DNA of 64,000 nucleotides, taken from Raillietiella orientalis (taxonomy: Eukaryota). Where the stretch lies: the NCBI GenBank assembly GCA_036172245.1, contig JAYWIR010000014.1, positions 3,720,001 through 3,784,000 of the forward strand, read 5' to 3'. The position numbers and the translations under genes were made by a program. Shown here piece by piece: positions 27,650 to 41,500 of the stretch. Below the pieces are notes generated by a model. That model did not search any database. It worked only from the letters and a program-made list of their open reading frames with translations, and was not told the DNA's origin. Every line of letters begins with the position of its first letter. Position 1 is the first letter of the stretch.

Positions 27650-28400
27650 TTTTCAATAGAATCATCGTTACAATGGGTGAAGCTTTTCCAACGTAATGCC
27701 ATCGCAATAAAACTGATCTTAAGCTGCTGAATCAGAGAACCAGATTGGTTGTACCAGACGAAAATGTCATCCGCAAAGACTATCCTGAGGATTGGTGAAT
27801 AGTTAGGCAACTTGCCAAGATTAATCGGGAATATATGGGGATCGGGGAAATTTGTGATATTGTGCGGGTGATTACTGCAGCCATTTTCCCACCAGCAAGG
27901 TTTGGATCGGTTTGAGATGCCTTTACCTTTTCCAGTGCTCAGACGAATGATATTTCACATGCACACAAGCATCATTATAAACAAAGTTCATTTGCCGATG
28001 ACTTTGGATAGGTGCACTGTTTTTCTGTCCCTGAACTTATTATTTACTGTTTCATCAGAATTTAGAACAGTTGGCATACTCTGGGTCGTTTGAGAGTTTG
28101 GAGGTAGCAAAAGCAATTGTAGAGATGCTTCCTTCTAAATCCCACAAAGAGTATTAGATTAATGCTGGCTCGTACTGAAGTCTTACTGAACTGAAAACCC
28201 TTGATTCCTTCAAAGCTTTGTTTTTTTAACAATTCAGGAAATCTGATCCTTGAAAACTGACAGTAGTTTCTCATCAAACTCTTGATATCCAATTTAAGCA
28301 TTCTTAGCATGCTTCCTAAGTCAAATAGTATTCATCATCCATCATCTTGACAATGGCAAAAAGGGGAAACTCTACATGGAATTCTTTTGCTCTTGCTCTC
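27650..28400 (-). mobile_element. Decayed non-LTR retrotransposon (LINE) reverse transcriptase fragment
   Basis: The minus strand encodes IVFADDIFVW (FADDI at 27777-27763). Upstream remnants resemble the QxGF and SPxLF motifs. Multiple stops and frameshifts; boundaries approximate. Confidence 0.5.
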
Positions 28401-28508
28401 CGAGTTGAATTTCTGTATCTTTATCTAGCTAATGTTTTTCCGCATAGAAGAAACGTGAACTCAGTTTGAAACTGATTTTTAGAAGCGGTGCGTACAGCTA
28501 TAAGCATT

Positions 28509-29362
28509 ATTATTATTTTTTATATAATTTTTCTAAAGTCCAGTAGCGACCCCATGAGGAGATCGTTACTAGTGGCCTAGGACGATGGAAATCCTTGGGT
28601 TCTTTTTCTTGTCTTCGCTATTTTCCTTCCAGCGTTTTTTTTTAAGAATTTGTTTTTTTGATTCGCTAAGTACCTCAGAGCCGGTCGCGTGTCTCGCGGT
28701 GCACGTGGCTCTTTTTAAACATTAAACACACTGTTTTGTGTCCACGCCTCTCCGCCCGCGGCAAACCGCAGGGGGGCGTGTAATTCTTCAGGGCACCCCG
28801 GGATGGGGGTCCGCCCTATGAATCCAGGAAGGGCTCGGAGTCCGTTTCTCCCACCCTGTTTGTCTCTGAAGAGAACCCCGAAGGGACGCTTCCGAAACTC
28901 AGAAGGGGCGCTGCAGCTTCCCGCAGGGAATCGCTCTCTCTTGCTTCCTTGCACTCTCAAAGAGGCGGCGACTTGGAGGATCCCCCCTGCCACAGGGGAT
29001 GGGGTGCGTCCGCTCCTTTGAACAGCTGGAGAAGTGCCCGTGAGGGCTCCTGCTTGAGACTGGAGGGATCACCCTGGTGAGGGAGTCCGCTCTCCGTTGC
29101 ACGACCGGAGGGGGAACTCCCCATTCCTTTTTATTCCTGGAAGGACCCGAAGACCGACTCCCATTGTTCCGGCCTTGATGGGGAGTCTCCTGCTTTATCC
29201 ACCGCCGGTGCCCCGCCCGAATGATTAGGCCAATCAGAGCCATTACAGGAGAAACTCGGATCCCGACGACGCAGCGGCGTCTCAGTTTCTGCCGAAGTAT
29301 TCGAACCCGCGACGCATGGTGCCACACGCGGAAGCCTTAACCACAAAGCCTCCAACGCGGGC
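28509..29362 (-). mobile_element. Full-length tRNA-derived SINE (~854 bp) with 11-bp target-site duplication and A/AAT-rich tail
   Basis: 5' head GCCCGCGTTGGAGGCTTTGTGGTTAAGG...GGTTCGAATAC has A-box-like and B-box motifs. TSD ctataagcatt at 28498-28508 and 29363-29373. Tail is A-rich and ends in AATAATAAT. No T4 run on the sense strand. Closely similar to the copy at 49920. Confidence 0.85.
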
Positions 29363-29989
29363 CTATAAGCATTTTCAATCGTAGTTCCCATATTTCTGTG
29401 AAATAGGATTTCTTGTGTGCATTAGAATAAACGGAAATTCGGGAATACATTTATTGAGAACGGAGTACCTCTTCTAATATAAATTCTGCCTTATTTTTCT
29501 CTTCACGTGTGGGTTCGCGCTTCCCATTTCTACTTTTCTTTCACCGGGAAAGACAGAACTCGAATTCATTATTGTTCAGTCTTTTGCATCCATTTTCCAA
29601 AAACGAATTCCCTTTAGCGAAAAACCTAATTTTTCTTGTTTTCCTGAGGAGTACCAAATGAAATTACACTAATCCCTTTTGCTGCAAAGCTTAGAACGTG
29701 ATCGCTGCCAATGGAAAGCTTTCCGAGATTTTCCATCTGACCACGTGTTTCTCTTATCAAATTATAGAAGATAATTCCCGTTCATAGTCCTAGTGCTACT
29801 ATCATTGGCATGCTTCAGGTGCGCAGCACAAGTGAGACCATAAATAACAGGTAGATGAAAATAGTTTCTCTCGAGAATCCTTTGCGTGAGGTATCCCACG
29901 TAAAGAATCCATGTTCGCAGTAATCCATGAGAAGCCACCACTAATTCTCAGGCTACATTCCATGTACATCAGCTCAGTCAGACAATTTT

Positions 29990-31200
29990 CCATTATATCC
30001 CCGGGAAAGTAGCCCTACACTCGAAATCCACATCTTCCTCCATCCTCGAGAATTTCTGAAAAGCTCTAAAGGCAGTTTTCTATACATTAATTCTTTGTAA
30101 ATAAGCCCTTACTATAACATCTTATTAGGATTCATTTTCCTTGAAGACTTTTTCGACTAGAGTTCAAGAAGGTATTTCGTCACTGTTCCACTAATTCATC
30201 TTAAAAGATCATGGACTTTCATCTCGAGGTCCAAAGAGATGACTGATTCTTACAATCCAGGAGTTCAGATTGCATGCTTAACATCGGGAGCTTCCATTGA
30301 AGAATGTCCACTTTGGTCTCATACCAGAACTATATCACGTGTTCTGTCTCTTCCGGTGCTCAAGAAGCAGATAAACCACTGCTGTAGCTTCTAACTTTTA
30401 GACAGTAGCATTTGCCCATACAGCCGAGGAAAAGTCTCTCTGGATTCTCTTCACTGTGGAAACATCACCTATGTTTTTTCATCGTACTCTGGAATCACAT
30501 CCTAACCAGGATATCCTGCATTGCTTTGTTGGATATTCGGAAAGGTCAAAACTGAGCTCGATGAAGTCAAACGAGAGTGATTCGTTACGAGGGATTGCTG
30601 CTGCAAGCAGAGTCCTCATGAAACGGGAAACCTGGACAACTTTCTGATTTCGACACTGTGGAGGGGTCCTTCCGCACAAGAAAATGGTGGACTGATCCTT
30701 TCAATGCTAGCCCAACCCTCGACAGGAGGGGAGCGAGCTCCGAGCATCCCTTCCCGTTCCAAAAAACAGTTCCATGTGCAGTTGACCAGGTAGGTTGCGT
30801 GCCAGACATCAACCATCAGGAACAGATTAATATCTGATGAGTTTCCCGATAAAAGGAGATCGATCTGTTACATCTGCTCTTATTAGATTGATGTCTGATG
30901 TGCGACCTAACTGTAGGCTGACAGCGGAATTATTGACTGGACGCCTCTCTCTGTGGCTTCCTGCCTGCATTCCAAGGCGCTCATTTCTTCCGTTCCAGAG
31001 TATGGTCGTGACTCAAGGAAAGTTTTCGCAGCTCATGCGTGTCTTGGGCGGCTGAGAGGAAGGAAAGATGATCTCAGATGAATTCATGAACATGGACCAA
31101 TTTTTCCTCAACTCAAAAGGACATTTAAAGACGACGAACTCTTCCTTTTCGCTCTCATGTCAACGGTTACCCAATCCCACTCTCCCTTTGTCTTGAGAGT
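29990..31200 (-). mobile_element. Highly decayed LINE RT fragment, RTE-like
   Basis: Frame-broken remnants in the expected order: KGCSELAPLL (cf. QGCxLAPxLF), SWLGC (cf. YLGS), AVWANATV*KLEATAVVYLLL, and LFRNSRGWRK (cf. DRxxWR). Boundaries approximate. Confidence 0.35.
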
Positions 31201-31682
31201 TCTTGAGAGGATTAGGTTCATGATCCGCACCAAGTCCCTAAAAAGATCCATAGTGACCTTTTAGAGACCCTCGTGTGGATCGTAGTGGCCCTCCTGTTTC
31301 TTAAACACATCATTCTTTCAAGGCAGATAAAAACTTTCTTCCTTCTTGAGTTTCTGGGGGGGGGGGGGGCGTCGACCCTGAATTTCGAATCTGCAGCGTC
31401 TTTCGATCTTTGACTTTGTGCTCCGTAAGTTATCTACAGATAATACTGCTTCTCTGAGGATCAGTGCTGCGTGCATTCCACACCAGGGAAGAGCAGGAAA
31501 GCTGGCATTCCATCTGTCGGAACGCTTGCTGGCTTTCCTTCTGGCACTCACTCGCGTAAAGCGGTACACGTGGCGTGGGGAGCCACGCCTGGATGTCGCG
31601 CCATAACACCTCCAGACTCTGCAGAAACTGATTCTTGTGCCTTTTGTTTCCGGGAAGTCGAACACCAGTCAGCATTCAGAGG

Positions 31683-31710
31683 GTGTGTGTGTGAGAGAGA
31701 GAGAGAGAGA
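31683..31710. repeat. Compound (GT)n(GA)n microsatellite
   Basis: gtgtgtgtgtgagagagagagagagaga read directly. Confidence 0.85.
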
Positions 31711-34700
31711 AGTGGAAGCTCGTGTCCCAGATGCAAGGCACGTTTCCATGGGAACATGACACATAGAGGAGGAGAGACGGAGAGTCTATGAAAAAAAAAA
31801 ATGTATCCCAGAGATGTCAAGGGGTGCGCAAAGATTCATTGGTTCGCCTCCAGGAATAAGAACGAATGCAGTTGATTTGGTGTCCGTCCTTCCGCTCGCT
31901 CCCTTGCCCCCTTTCCTCTTTTCGCGTCCCAGAGCTCAAGGAGGAGTCACGGAAGTCGCGAAGCAGCGGAAGAAGCAGACGCGGATGTCATGGAGTGAGG
32001 ATTTTCAGGGAACCCGGTCAAACGACCTTGTTTTCCGAAGTTCCCAAAGCCCTTCGAAAAAAAACAATCCGCTGGAAGAGGGTGCCCTCCCTGTCAGAGA
32101 GGAACACTGCCTCAGGGATGACTCGGCAAGCTCTTTGGATGCAGGTGCAAGCATTGTTCAGGCGGATGACCCTTACACCAAGACCGTGGGATGCACATTG
32201 GCATCTCCCCTGACGCAGTCTCTCAAGAACGCATCGAACCGTGAACGACTCTTTGATCCAACCGCCCAACCGCAGGTTCTGGGGAGGTCTGTGCAACCAG
32301 CTCTTCCCAGTGGAGGGGTTGCAGGAGGATCATCTATGGATACCCAGCAGCCCCCCACCGAACAGGACCTCCTGTAAGCTGAAATCACCAAAGATGTGGA
32401 GTCCACGGGAGAACTCGACCATCGCTAACAGCAGTGCCATCAACCGTTTTGGGGAAAAAAAAAGATCCCGCTTTCCAGGGTTCAGCGCGATGACGTTCAA
32501 GGTGCTGTGCAGTCCCTCCTGCACCGATGGGGAGAGGGAGAGGACTCTCTCAAAGACTGGGACGGAACATGCATGGTCGCTAGGGGGGAGAGGTTTGCCA
32601 GCAAATCTCCCAATAGGAAGCGTCTCAGCTGGCCAACGGAGCCACTCCAAGAGGCCCCCAGGGGTTGAAAAAGCGAATCGAGCTGCTCTCTGGAGGGTCT
32701 CCGAGAAACCTTCGAGATCCCGTAGACGGCTCTGCCTCTTCCTCTTCGATACCACCACATCTTGTCGGTGCGCAGGGATCCCTTTTGAAACGAGGGGCAC
32801 CGCCGAACCCCAGGAGGGCGGGTGAGCTCGATGAAGGATGTAGGGAACTCTGTGACAGCAGCAGGGCTGGAAGTGCGCTGCGAAGAGGGGGAAGAAGGGG
32901 GAAGGAAGAATAGGAGGGACCTTAGCTCCCCGGTGCTGCCAGGACGAGCGACGAGCTGGCACTCCTCGGGGAGCCACTCGCAGCCGCCGTTCAGCGAGGG
33001 AGCTGTCCGACCAGGGATTTGAAGTTCAAGGGAGACTAGGGACCGCCGCGGAAGATTCTCCCTGCATGCACCCCATCCGTCCCTGCCCGGCGCACACCCT
33101 TGGGGATTGTTCCTGTCGCCGCAAGGCCGGTTCGCCTGCGTGTTGACCTCCCATTCCCTCGTTGCGCTCCTTCCCTCCTGTCCAAACGCTGTTTATTCCT
33201 TCCACAGAAATGGTCCGGCTGCTCGGGATGCTGACGTCACTCTCTCCGTCGCCCTCGTCCTTTCATTCCCTTTGCATTCTTTCTCGAGGACGCGGAAGAC
33301 ATCCGGGTCGGCTTCTGGTTAGGCGGGAGCAGCAAGCAGCGCCGCGTCCTCTCTTCCTCGTCCTCCCACTGTCCGGGAAACCGACGAGGGAGGAGGAGCC
33401 ACCCAGGGCCCTGAGGGAAGAGGGGACACATCCTGCCTCGCTCCGGAGCACTTTTTCTCCCGGGAGAGGATGCGACCCTCTGGAGCCGCTTCCGGGTCGC
33501 AGCGCCCGCACCGCTGGGAGGGACTGGCACGAGGGAGCGTAGGGAGGAATGGGCCGGAAACAAGGGTGGGCGAGGGCTTCTGCTGCAGTTCCGGAGCGCC
33601 ACCGCGAGCTCATTTTGGCTGGAGGATGGTATCGATGGGTGCACAGCTGTCTGCGGAAGAGGCGGATCCGAGGGGGAAGGGGAGGGCGTGGCCGGTTTCC
33701 TGGTTGCACCGGACGAGTGTCGGAGCGGCGCTGCTCTGATGCTCCAGGATCCTCACGGGGCAGGGAAGGAGGCAGTGCGCAACGGTTGTGTGGCGAGCGC
33801 TCCTCCTCGGTCGGCGCGCGGACGGTCGATGTGTCGTTCGCCCACCTTGGGCGGCTTGTGCGCCTCGGGGCGCGGCTTCTCCCTCACGCCTCGCCCGACG
33901 AGACGTTTCCTTCCTCCCGCGCCGCGCGTGGCGGGTTCCCGCGGCGCGGGGCAGGTGACTCCGCAGGGTCGGACTCGTTCCCCAGAGGGCGTCCTGGAGG
34001 CGCAGTTCCGGGAACGGAACGGACAAGTGAGTCCTCGTGCGAGAATCCTGGAAAGAATCCGGGCGAAGGGCTCGCGTACGCTCACCTTCAGTGGGGAAAG
34101 GAGGGGGGGGACGGGTGGTCCTATGTTTCCCTACTTGGGCGCGGGCAGCCATGCACCCATCGCCTCCGCTGCCGCTGCCACGTTTCCTGAGCTCCAGGGC
34201 ACTGGAACCGCCTAGCGGAGGCGAGGGGGACCGCTGTCGCTTCGGAGGAGGAGGAGGATCTCGACCGACTGGCGGGTTCGTCTGGGACGGCAGTCTTTCT
34301 GAGGAGGAAAGAAGGACGAGGAGCTTTCCCGACCCCAGAAGGTGGTGTCGTGAAGGCGTTTTCGTCTCCCAGAGTGGCGACGCGCGCTCTTCCGTCTGAC
34401 CAGGAAGAAGGAGGGGAGTCGGGGACAAACTCCTTGCTCCTCGATTCCCCTCCATCCGCGGCCGTCTTCCATCTGTTTCTTCGGGAGAGACCGCTTTCTC
34501 TCCAGGACTTTCCGAAGGAGAGGGAAGAGGAACGGGCTCTCTCTCCTTTCCTGGTCGAGGTCCGCTCTCCGGAGGGCTCTGCCCTATCACCTCTGGACGA
34601 AGCAGCGGAGAACTACTCGCGCTCCGGGATAAAGGAACCTCCCCCTCTTCTCCCTGCCTCCCGAGCGGATCCAACCGACTTCCTCGTGCCGACCTCGGAT

Positions 34701-35549
34701 CCATCGCAAGGGCAAGTGGCCACAAAATCAACACGCCCTGAAGGCGTCGCCGCCTGCTCTCCTCTTGCTGCGCTGCAAGAGACCTCGGTTCCCGGAAATC
34801 CGGTCCGCATTCCCGGCCGCTCACCTGAATCAACTCCCCCTTTCCCCTAGTTCTACTTTTCCCTCCTTTTGCATCCTTTCTTCCTCCGGGAGAAAGGAAG
34901 GGTGCGAAAGGAAGGAGAAAGGAGTAGGAGACGAGAGAGGCGGACCGCGTGCGCATTCCCGGGTGCACCCATCCGCCCACCCGCGGGAGCAGCTGCGCCT
35001 GCGGACCGTCAGACACGCAGGTCCCGCGAAGGAACGTCTGGCTACCTTCTCAGAGAGAAGTTCCTCTCCTCTCCTTCTCCCCCCACAGGAGGAAGACTGG
35101 AATGCCCCCGGAAACGGATCCAGAGGTCGCCGGACGGGTGGCTCACCTCCTACCGGAACCAGAGCGAGGGAGGAAAACGATAGGAAAGAGAATGGAACGA
35201 ATAATCAGCGTCTTTTCCTGGTTTCCCCTTCTTCCTTCCCAGGACGTCACGGGACCGCTACCGTAGCTTCGAAGGGAAGGAGCCGTCGCGGCGGACGGGC
35301 GCCTCAACCACGGGGCGCATGAAAAAATCGCCATTCCGTGAAGAGGGTGGTGGAGTTTCCCCAGTCCCCTTCCACTAGGTTCCGCTCCCCGGTCCATCAT
35401 GGATGCTGCCAACGTGCCAGGTCCACCTCCCACTGTGAAGAAGGCAGCCTCCGCCTTCTCCCGGCCTCAGGGAGGGAAAGCCAATGCGGAGAAAGGAGGG
35501 TGGGGTTAGGGGAGGAAGGGAGAAACAAAGGAAAGCGCTGCGGGATTAC

Positions 35550-38500
35550 CTGGAAAGCAGAATACAGGTTGGGCCACTCGAACACCCCCCGGGAAGAGGT
35601 GGCTTTTCCTCTCCAGGTCGCAGCGGTTCCTGTAGAGCCTCCCATCCGACCCGCAGACCTCCGGACCGCCCGGGGGACACTCCACGCCGTCGTCCTCGCA
35701 GAAACACGTCGGGTCATTCCTACCATCTCGTCCTCTTCCTCCCGGGGCGAGGAGGCAGCAGGAAGGAAGATGCTCCGGGCAGTCATTCCCCAGGCAGGGG
35801 CCCACGGAGCGCTTCGAGGGGGCAATCCGATCGGCAACTGCAACATGAAAAAAAGAAATACGAAAAAAAATAGGGAGCCCCAGAAGGGATGCGGCGCAGG
35901 GTCCCAGCAACCTTCCTTCCGTACACTCCGTCTCCAGAACTTCATCGATCCCTGACTTTCTCCTTCATCTCCCGTTCTCTTCTGCGGAGGAGCGCTCTAC
36001 CGCCAGAGCGCACCGGCAGCGCAGAAAGCGGAGCTAGCGGGAAGCAGGAGAGCCCCTCTTTTCTCTTCTCTCTTCGAAAAGGGAGTCCAGGGTCGCGGAA
36101 AGCCAGGAGGAGGAAGAGGCGATGGAGCCCTTCGGCCTCTAGTGCGATCCCCCCAACCCTCTCCCTCCACTGCAAGGAACGAGCAAGGGAGAAAGAATGG
36201 CTTTTGCCACCCCCTCCCTTCGGAGAAGGAGGAGAGAGGGAAGGGGCTTCCGATGAACGCCTAGCTTCTCTCTCCGGCCGGCCCTCTCGAGATCGAGGGA
36301 GGCTGCGATCCTCGGCCCGAGGGTGGCAGCAGTCCCTGAGCGCGCGCCACAGAGCTCAATCCGCCAACCACAGCCCTTCCCTCCTGCTTGCCCGCCCAAG
36401 CTGGGCACGGGGCGTTGTGGAAGGGCGAGAGCTGCGGAAGATGGGCCCTGCGCTCCTCTCCCCACACACTTACGGTTGCAGGGCCCTTCGTGGGCCACCT
36501 TGGTGCTCTGCTTGGTGTTGCAGCTGCCCTGTTTCAGCCAGCACTCGTTCGCGTACGTCAGCCCGTCGCTCCCGCAGACCTCCCTCAGCTCGTCCTGGCA
36601 GGCTCGTGGGCAGTAGCAAGAGGAGGACATGGGACTATGAATCTCGCATATGGAGTTGTCAGGGCAGCTGTATCCGGCACAGAGGAAGAACTGGGACGCT
36701 GTGGGGGAGAGACACTGATGAAACGACGGTGAGGAGAAACGGCTGTTCCCCAGAAGAGGACGTTCGTCTCCCCACCATCAACCCGTTCTCTGGAGACCAG
36801 CAGGGACGGGGCGGAGGGAAGGGGGGAAGAGGACAAGAAGCGACGCGGCAGAGGCTCCGCGTTCCTCCGGAACTGACGCTCTCATTCCTCCGGGCGTTGC
36901 AGGCCGGAGGTATCGCTTTCCGGTACCTCCGGCTTGCAGAGTAGAGGCGGAGTGGCCGGTATTGCGGGGATGCGGCATCGGCAGGCAGTGTTCCACCACC
37001 TCTCGATGAAAATCTGACCGGCTGAAAGGAGGTGGAGGGATCGTTCTCCCTAAACTCCTCCCTCCACTAGGACGTCGCGGTCCGCCTGCTCAGATTGGCC
37101 CGCGGCCTCACGAACCAGTGACGGAAGCTGGCGGGTAGAGGTCATCCGTTGCTCCCTCCCCTCTCCTCGAGGGAGAAAGAACGAGGAGGAGAATCTGCCC
37201 TCCCCCATATCCGCCTTGGAGCTTCTTTTCATGCCTCTCCCTCCCCTCGACGGAAGAGGAAGTGGAGGGGGGAAAAAGGGAGATACTCCGGGAGAGAAAC
37301 CTACGAGCATTTGAGGATCGGCGCCCCCGGGGAGGAGGAAAGGTCGGACTGCCTCGAGGAGACGCCCTGAACTCGCAGCAACGGCGGCAGCAGAGTCCGC
37401 GGAGGGAGCTCCGAGGAGGAGCACAGCGACAGCCGAAGGCGACGAGGAGGTGCCAACGCAAGCTCTCCCCTGCCCTCTCCATTCCGACCTCACACGGGCC
37501 CCACTTACAGCCGTAGTCGCAGAAGCCCGAGTGCATGACGGCGTCGTTCTGGGTCTGCTTGCAATTCGCCTGCTCCAGCTGCTCCTTGTTGATGTAGGTG
37601 TTCCCGCTCTGCGTGCAGATGGGATCGAACTCGTAGTTGGTGCTCTCGCACTCGCAGATGCACACCCCATCCGGCGTGAGTAGGGACTTGCTGGAGTGGG
37701 GGCAGGGGAAGTCCATCTTGCAAGGGTCTGCAAAGAAGAAGGGGACCGAGATCACGACCTCGTACGCGCCTTTTCCCTCCTGTCCGGGTCCATCTCCGAG
37801 ATGAAGATAGACGGAGGAAGAGATATGGATTCGCAGAGAAGGAGTAACGGTCGGATGTCGCCAGCGTTAATACTCAGGTCGCGAGGAGGCCGCGGGGACG
37901 GGAGTATCCTCCCGTCTCCACGGCCTTCCGTAGGCATTGGCAACCCTCGGGAACGAGGGAAAAGCAGCAAACTCTCCTCGCAGTGCGGAGGTAACAAGGG
38001 AGGACCCCAAGAAGTCCCCTCCCTCGTCTGCAGTCAAATGCACTCCGAAGAAAGGACAGATTTCGGATGAGCGATAGGAGGGAGTGACCAGGTCCAGTGC
38101 TCTGGTCGCCTTTTTCCCTTAGGCAGAGAAAGGACGTCGCTTTTGCCCTCCTTTCAGGAAGAGGACTCTTCCGCAGGGAGCTGTGAACGTGTCTTGGCTC
38201 ACACGCCGCGTCGGTGAGGACGCACCAGGCGGCCGCAGGGACAAGGAACTCCCTCGCCCACACAGGAGCCGCGTGCATCCTCACGACTGCAATTCGGACG
38301 GGGACGCTCGGGCGACCCCTAGAGCTGAGGGGAAGAGTCGATTGACGCCCTCGCTACTTCTGTGACCACGGGAGGTGGCATGTCGGTTCCGTCGGTGAAC
38401 GCGGCTCCTGATTCCGGCAGAGGAATGGGAAAACTGAGCCTGCGATGCGCCTGTTTGGAGGAGGACACCCGCTGGCAACGTTACCAGCGGACGAGAGATC

Positions 38501-41500
38501 GCGAGAGCACTACCACGCACGTGAGAGGCAATGAGGAGAAGTCCACGCTGTAAGTGGACCCGGGCCACTCCGCATATCCTCCCTGGAACACTTCGTCGTG
38601 GTTTCCATTTGCATTGCTGCCACGTATGAGAGGAAAGAGAAAGCTGATTTTTACCAGAAAGAGGCAGGAAAGTTTGTTCCCGAGAGACGGTAAAGCAAGC
38701 ATTGGCTTTCATCGCAGGGAGGGCGTTCCCGAAAGGATGTTTGTCCCAATCGAGAAACAAAAGCGAGAGAGAGGGATGAAAAGATGAAAACAAGAAGCAA
38801 AAAATGAAAACATGGAAGCGAAACGAGCTGTCAGGAGTTTTTGTTCCAGTCTATCTTCCGGATTTTCGACTACACCTGCTCAGTTGGCGTCTTCCCATGA
38901 GACCGGTGCTTGTTGCATTCTCTTCCGAGCAAGGCACGCAACTTCTCTTAGGATGCTTTTTGTTTTCCTAACCTCTCTTCGGACGCTTTTCGTCCTGCCG
39001 CGTTCGCCTCCGGTTCTGCTTGAGGAAGGCAGCGGAAGTTTGCCGAAGACAGTGAGAAGACTCCCCAGTTGCGTGGATGGGGAAGACAACGATCGGACCA
39101 CAACGGGAAAGCGGCGCTGAACCAAAACGAGCACATCGGTGAGAGTAGTTCTCAAGCGAAAGTAGGTGCATGTTGCCGCCTTCCGATGTTTCCGGAAAAC
39201 CATTTCTTGGTGAAAAGTGGCTTCAAATTTGCACCGGGCCTATCTGCGCAGGTCGCCTTTTTCCCTAGGATTAACCTGGGAATTCGATATGCATCCATCT
39301 ATTTTTTTCGGGATAAATTTGCCGAAAAAAATAGATGGATGCATATCGAATTGGCGAAAGGCCAAGTTCAGTGGATGTTAGTGGAAGCTCTGGGCAGCTG
39401 CTAAATGTGGGAAACTCTGTCTTTGCAATGGCGAAAAGGTGAGCTCATGTGGCGGAAAGGGAGCCCTTGCTCTTGCTCCTTTGCTCCCTTCTTCCTCAAG
39501 GAAGAGCAAACATGCTGAAGCTAAGAAACCGGTTTCTCAACCTGATAACAAATAAGCAAACTGAAGTCACCAAAGGGTGAACCGATTTCAGTGAGATTGC
39601 TCCAGAGCAGATCTTATTTTAGGATGATCTCGAATATAAGGCGGCCACCATCTTCAGCATCCATGAGAAAAGGGAAAACAAACAAAATGAAAGAAACAAA
39701 AACTCGTGTCATCACGCGTTAGCTTTACGAATGATGACGTAGAGATCAGGTATCCGATTTCCACTGAGCACGCCAATCTGTCTGAGAGGTAGCAGCTTTA
39801 CAAGGCACCTGGGGATTCGACAGCAAAAGCAGCAAAAAAGCAGAAAGAAAGAAATTGGAAAAGAAACTGGTTTTCGCGTGCACCCTCTGGATCTCTTTCC
39901 GCGCTTCATTTCCCCTGAGCACGTATCGGACCCGTAGTTGGTAGGGAATCTGTGTTTCGTGGGCGAGAACACTGCGTGGGAACGGCGGTGAGCTGATTGC
40001 AGCGATCCACGAACAAATCTTAGAGCGCGCTGTTTTTTTCTCCTGCGCGTTTGACTGCATTCGGCAGAAGCAGGGCATCAAAAATCGCGTGCGACGAGCA
40101 TCTGCGGATTAATGATTACGGTTGCTGTTTCCGTTTTCTTTTTTTTTTTTTTTCAAGAACCTAAATATCTTTTGTGTTTTTGCATCTTTTAAACATTCTA
40201 AGCCTTTTTCAGTTATCTCAGTGTTGCAGGAAAATTTTCTCGTGAGGAAAATTCAGTGATTTTTTCCACCAGTGGTCACAAGCGTGCTCCTGACAAGAGC
40301 AAAAGAGGAAGAGGATCGACTCCTTGTTTGTGCTTTTCCAACTCGAAACGATCGGCTTACGCGGATGAAGTGTTCAAGAGGATTCTGTCCAGCTGAACGG
40401 AGTCAACCGTGACTAGATGGAAGTCACTCCCGGGCCACTTCTGAGCAGATAGCCTCAAGTGCCAGTCCTCTGCATAGGGAAGGCACATGAGTCCAGTTTC
40501 CGCGGACCGAAGGCTCTTGTTGTTCTGAGCTCAACAGATCACCCATGCCTCGGACAGCACGACATCACGGCCAGAGCGTGGTTCTCGCAAAGGAACTGGC
40601 AACTTTCCGCTTTGAAAACACTGCGGAAAGACATTTCCCCTTGGTCGGGCTGCAGGCAGGCAGAGCCGTTTCCGGCAGCGTCCAGATGGCTACGCTCGCC
40701 CCGCGCATCACTAACTGACCGTCGCTGTCTTTCACCGAGTAGCCGCTGGGGGAGCCTCGGTGACCGTCTGTTCGCCACGTGCCTGCGACGAGCGAGCAAG
40801 CCCGCCCAGTGCTACAAGAAAAACCGCATCGGGAGTGGACAGGCCTTACACCGGGTCACGCGGAATGCGCACCACCACAAGAAAACACCACTTGCCATTT
40901 TCCACGCACTTCCCGTAATGGAAGAGGCTCAACGTGTCCTCTCCGTTGACGTATTGGTTCGGTTCCAGGGTGCAAATGAACTCCTCCAGCTCGCAGATAT
41001 TGTCGTACGTCCTCCCGTCCGTGCCGCAGACGGGAATGTCCGTCTCCGCGGACAAAGAGCATTTCAGGCAGCTGACGGCGAACGGCGTAAAAGGCACGGA
41101 TTCGTGCAAGCTGGGACTCTGCTTCGCATCTGGAATATTCTTCCTCAGCTTCATGCTAGACCGCAGGATGGATGCTTTCTCCTCGAAGCTCCCTCGCTGC
41201 CTGCTCCTCGGCTCTTTCGGGCTTGCCCTCCGCTTCGGCCTGGAAGCGGTGAGAGGGGGAATTCGCCTGGCTTCCTGTCCCTCGAGCCGGCTCTTTGCAG
41301 GTGACCCTGGGTGAGGAGGCTGGAGGATGACCTCGTCTGCGCTTCCGAGGGCGAGAGCCGGTCGAGACTCCCACAAGAGAGCTGGAAAACAGCATGTCTG
41401 GCACCGGAGGCAACGGTTCCTTTCTCCAAGGCAAGCTGCATCCAGGTGGAGAAAGTTGCTCGCCGCCTCCCCGCTCGCGCACTTTCGGGATGAGAGTCGG

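Noticed and set aside
33610..35016. 468-aa minus-strand ORF
   Set aside because: Arg/Pro/Ser/Gly-rich composition typical of GC-rich non-coding DNA; no motif and no codon bias.
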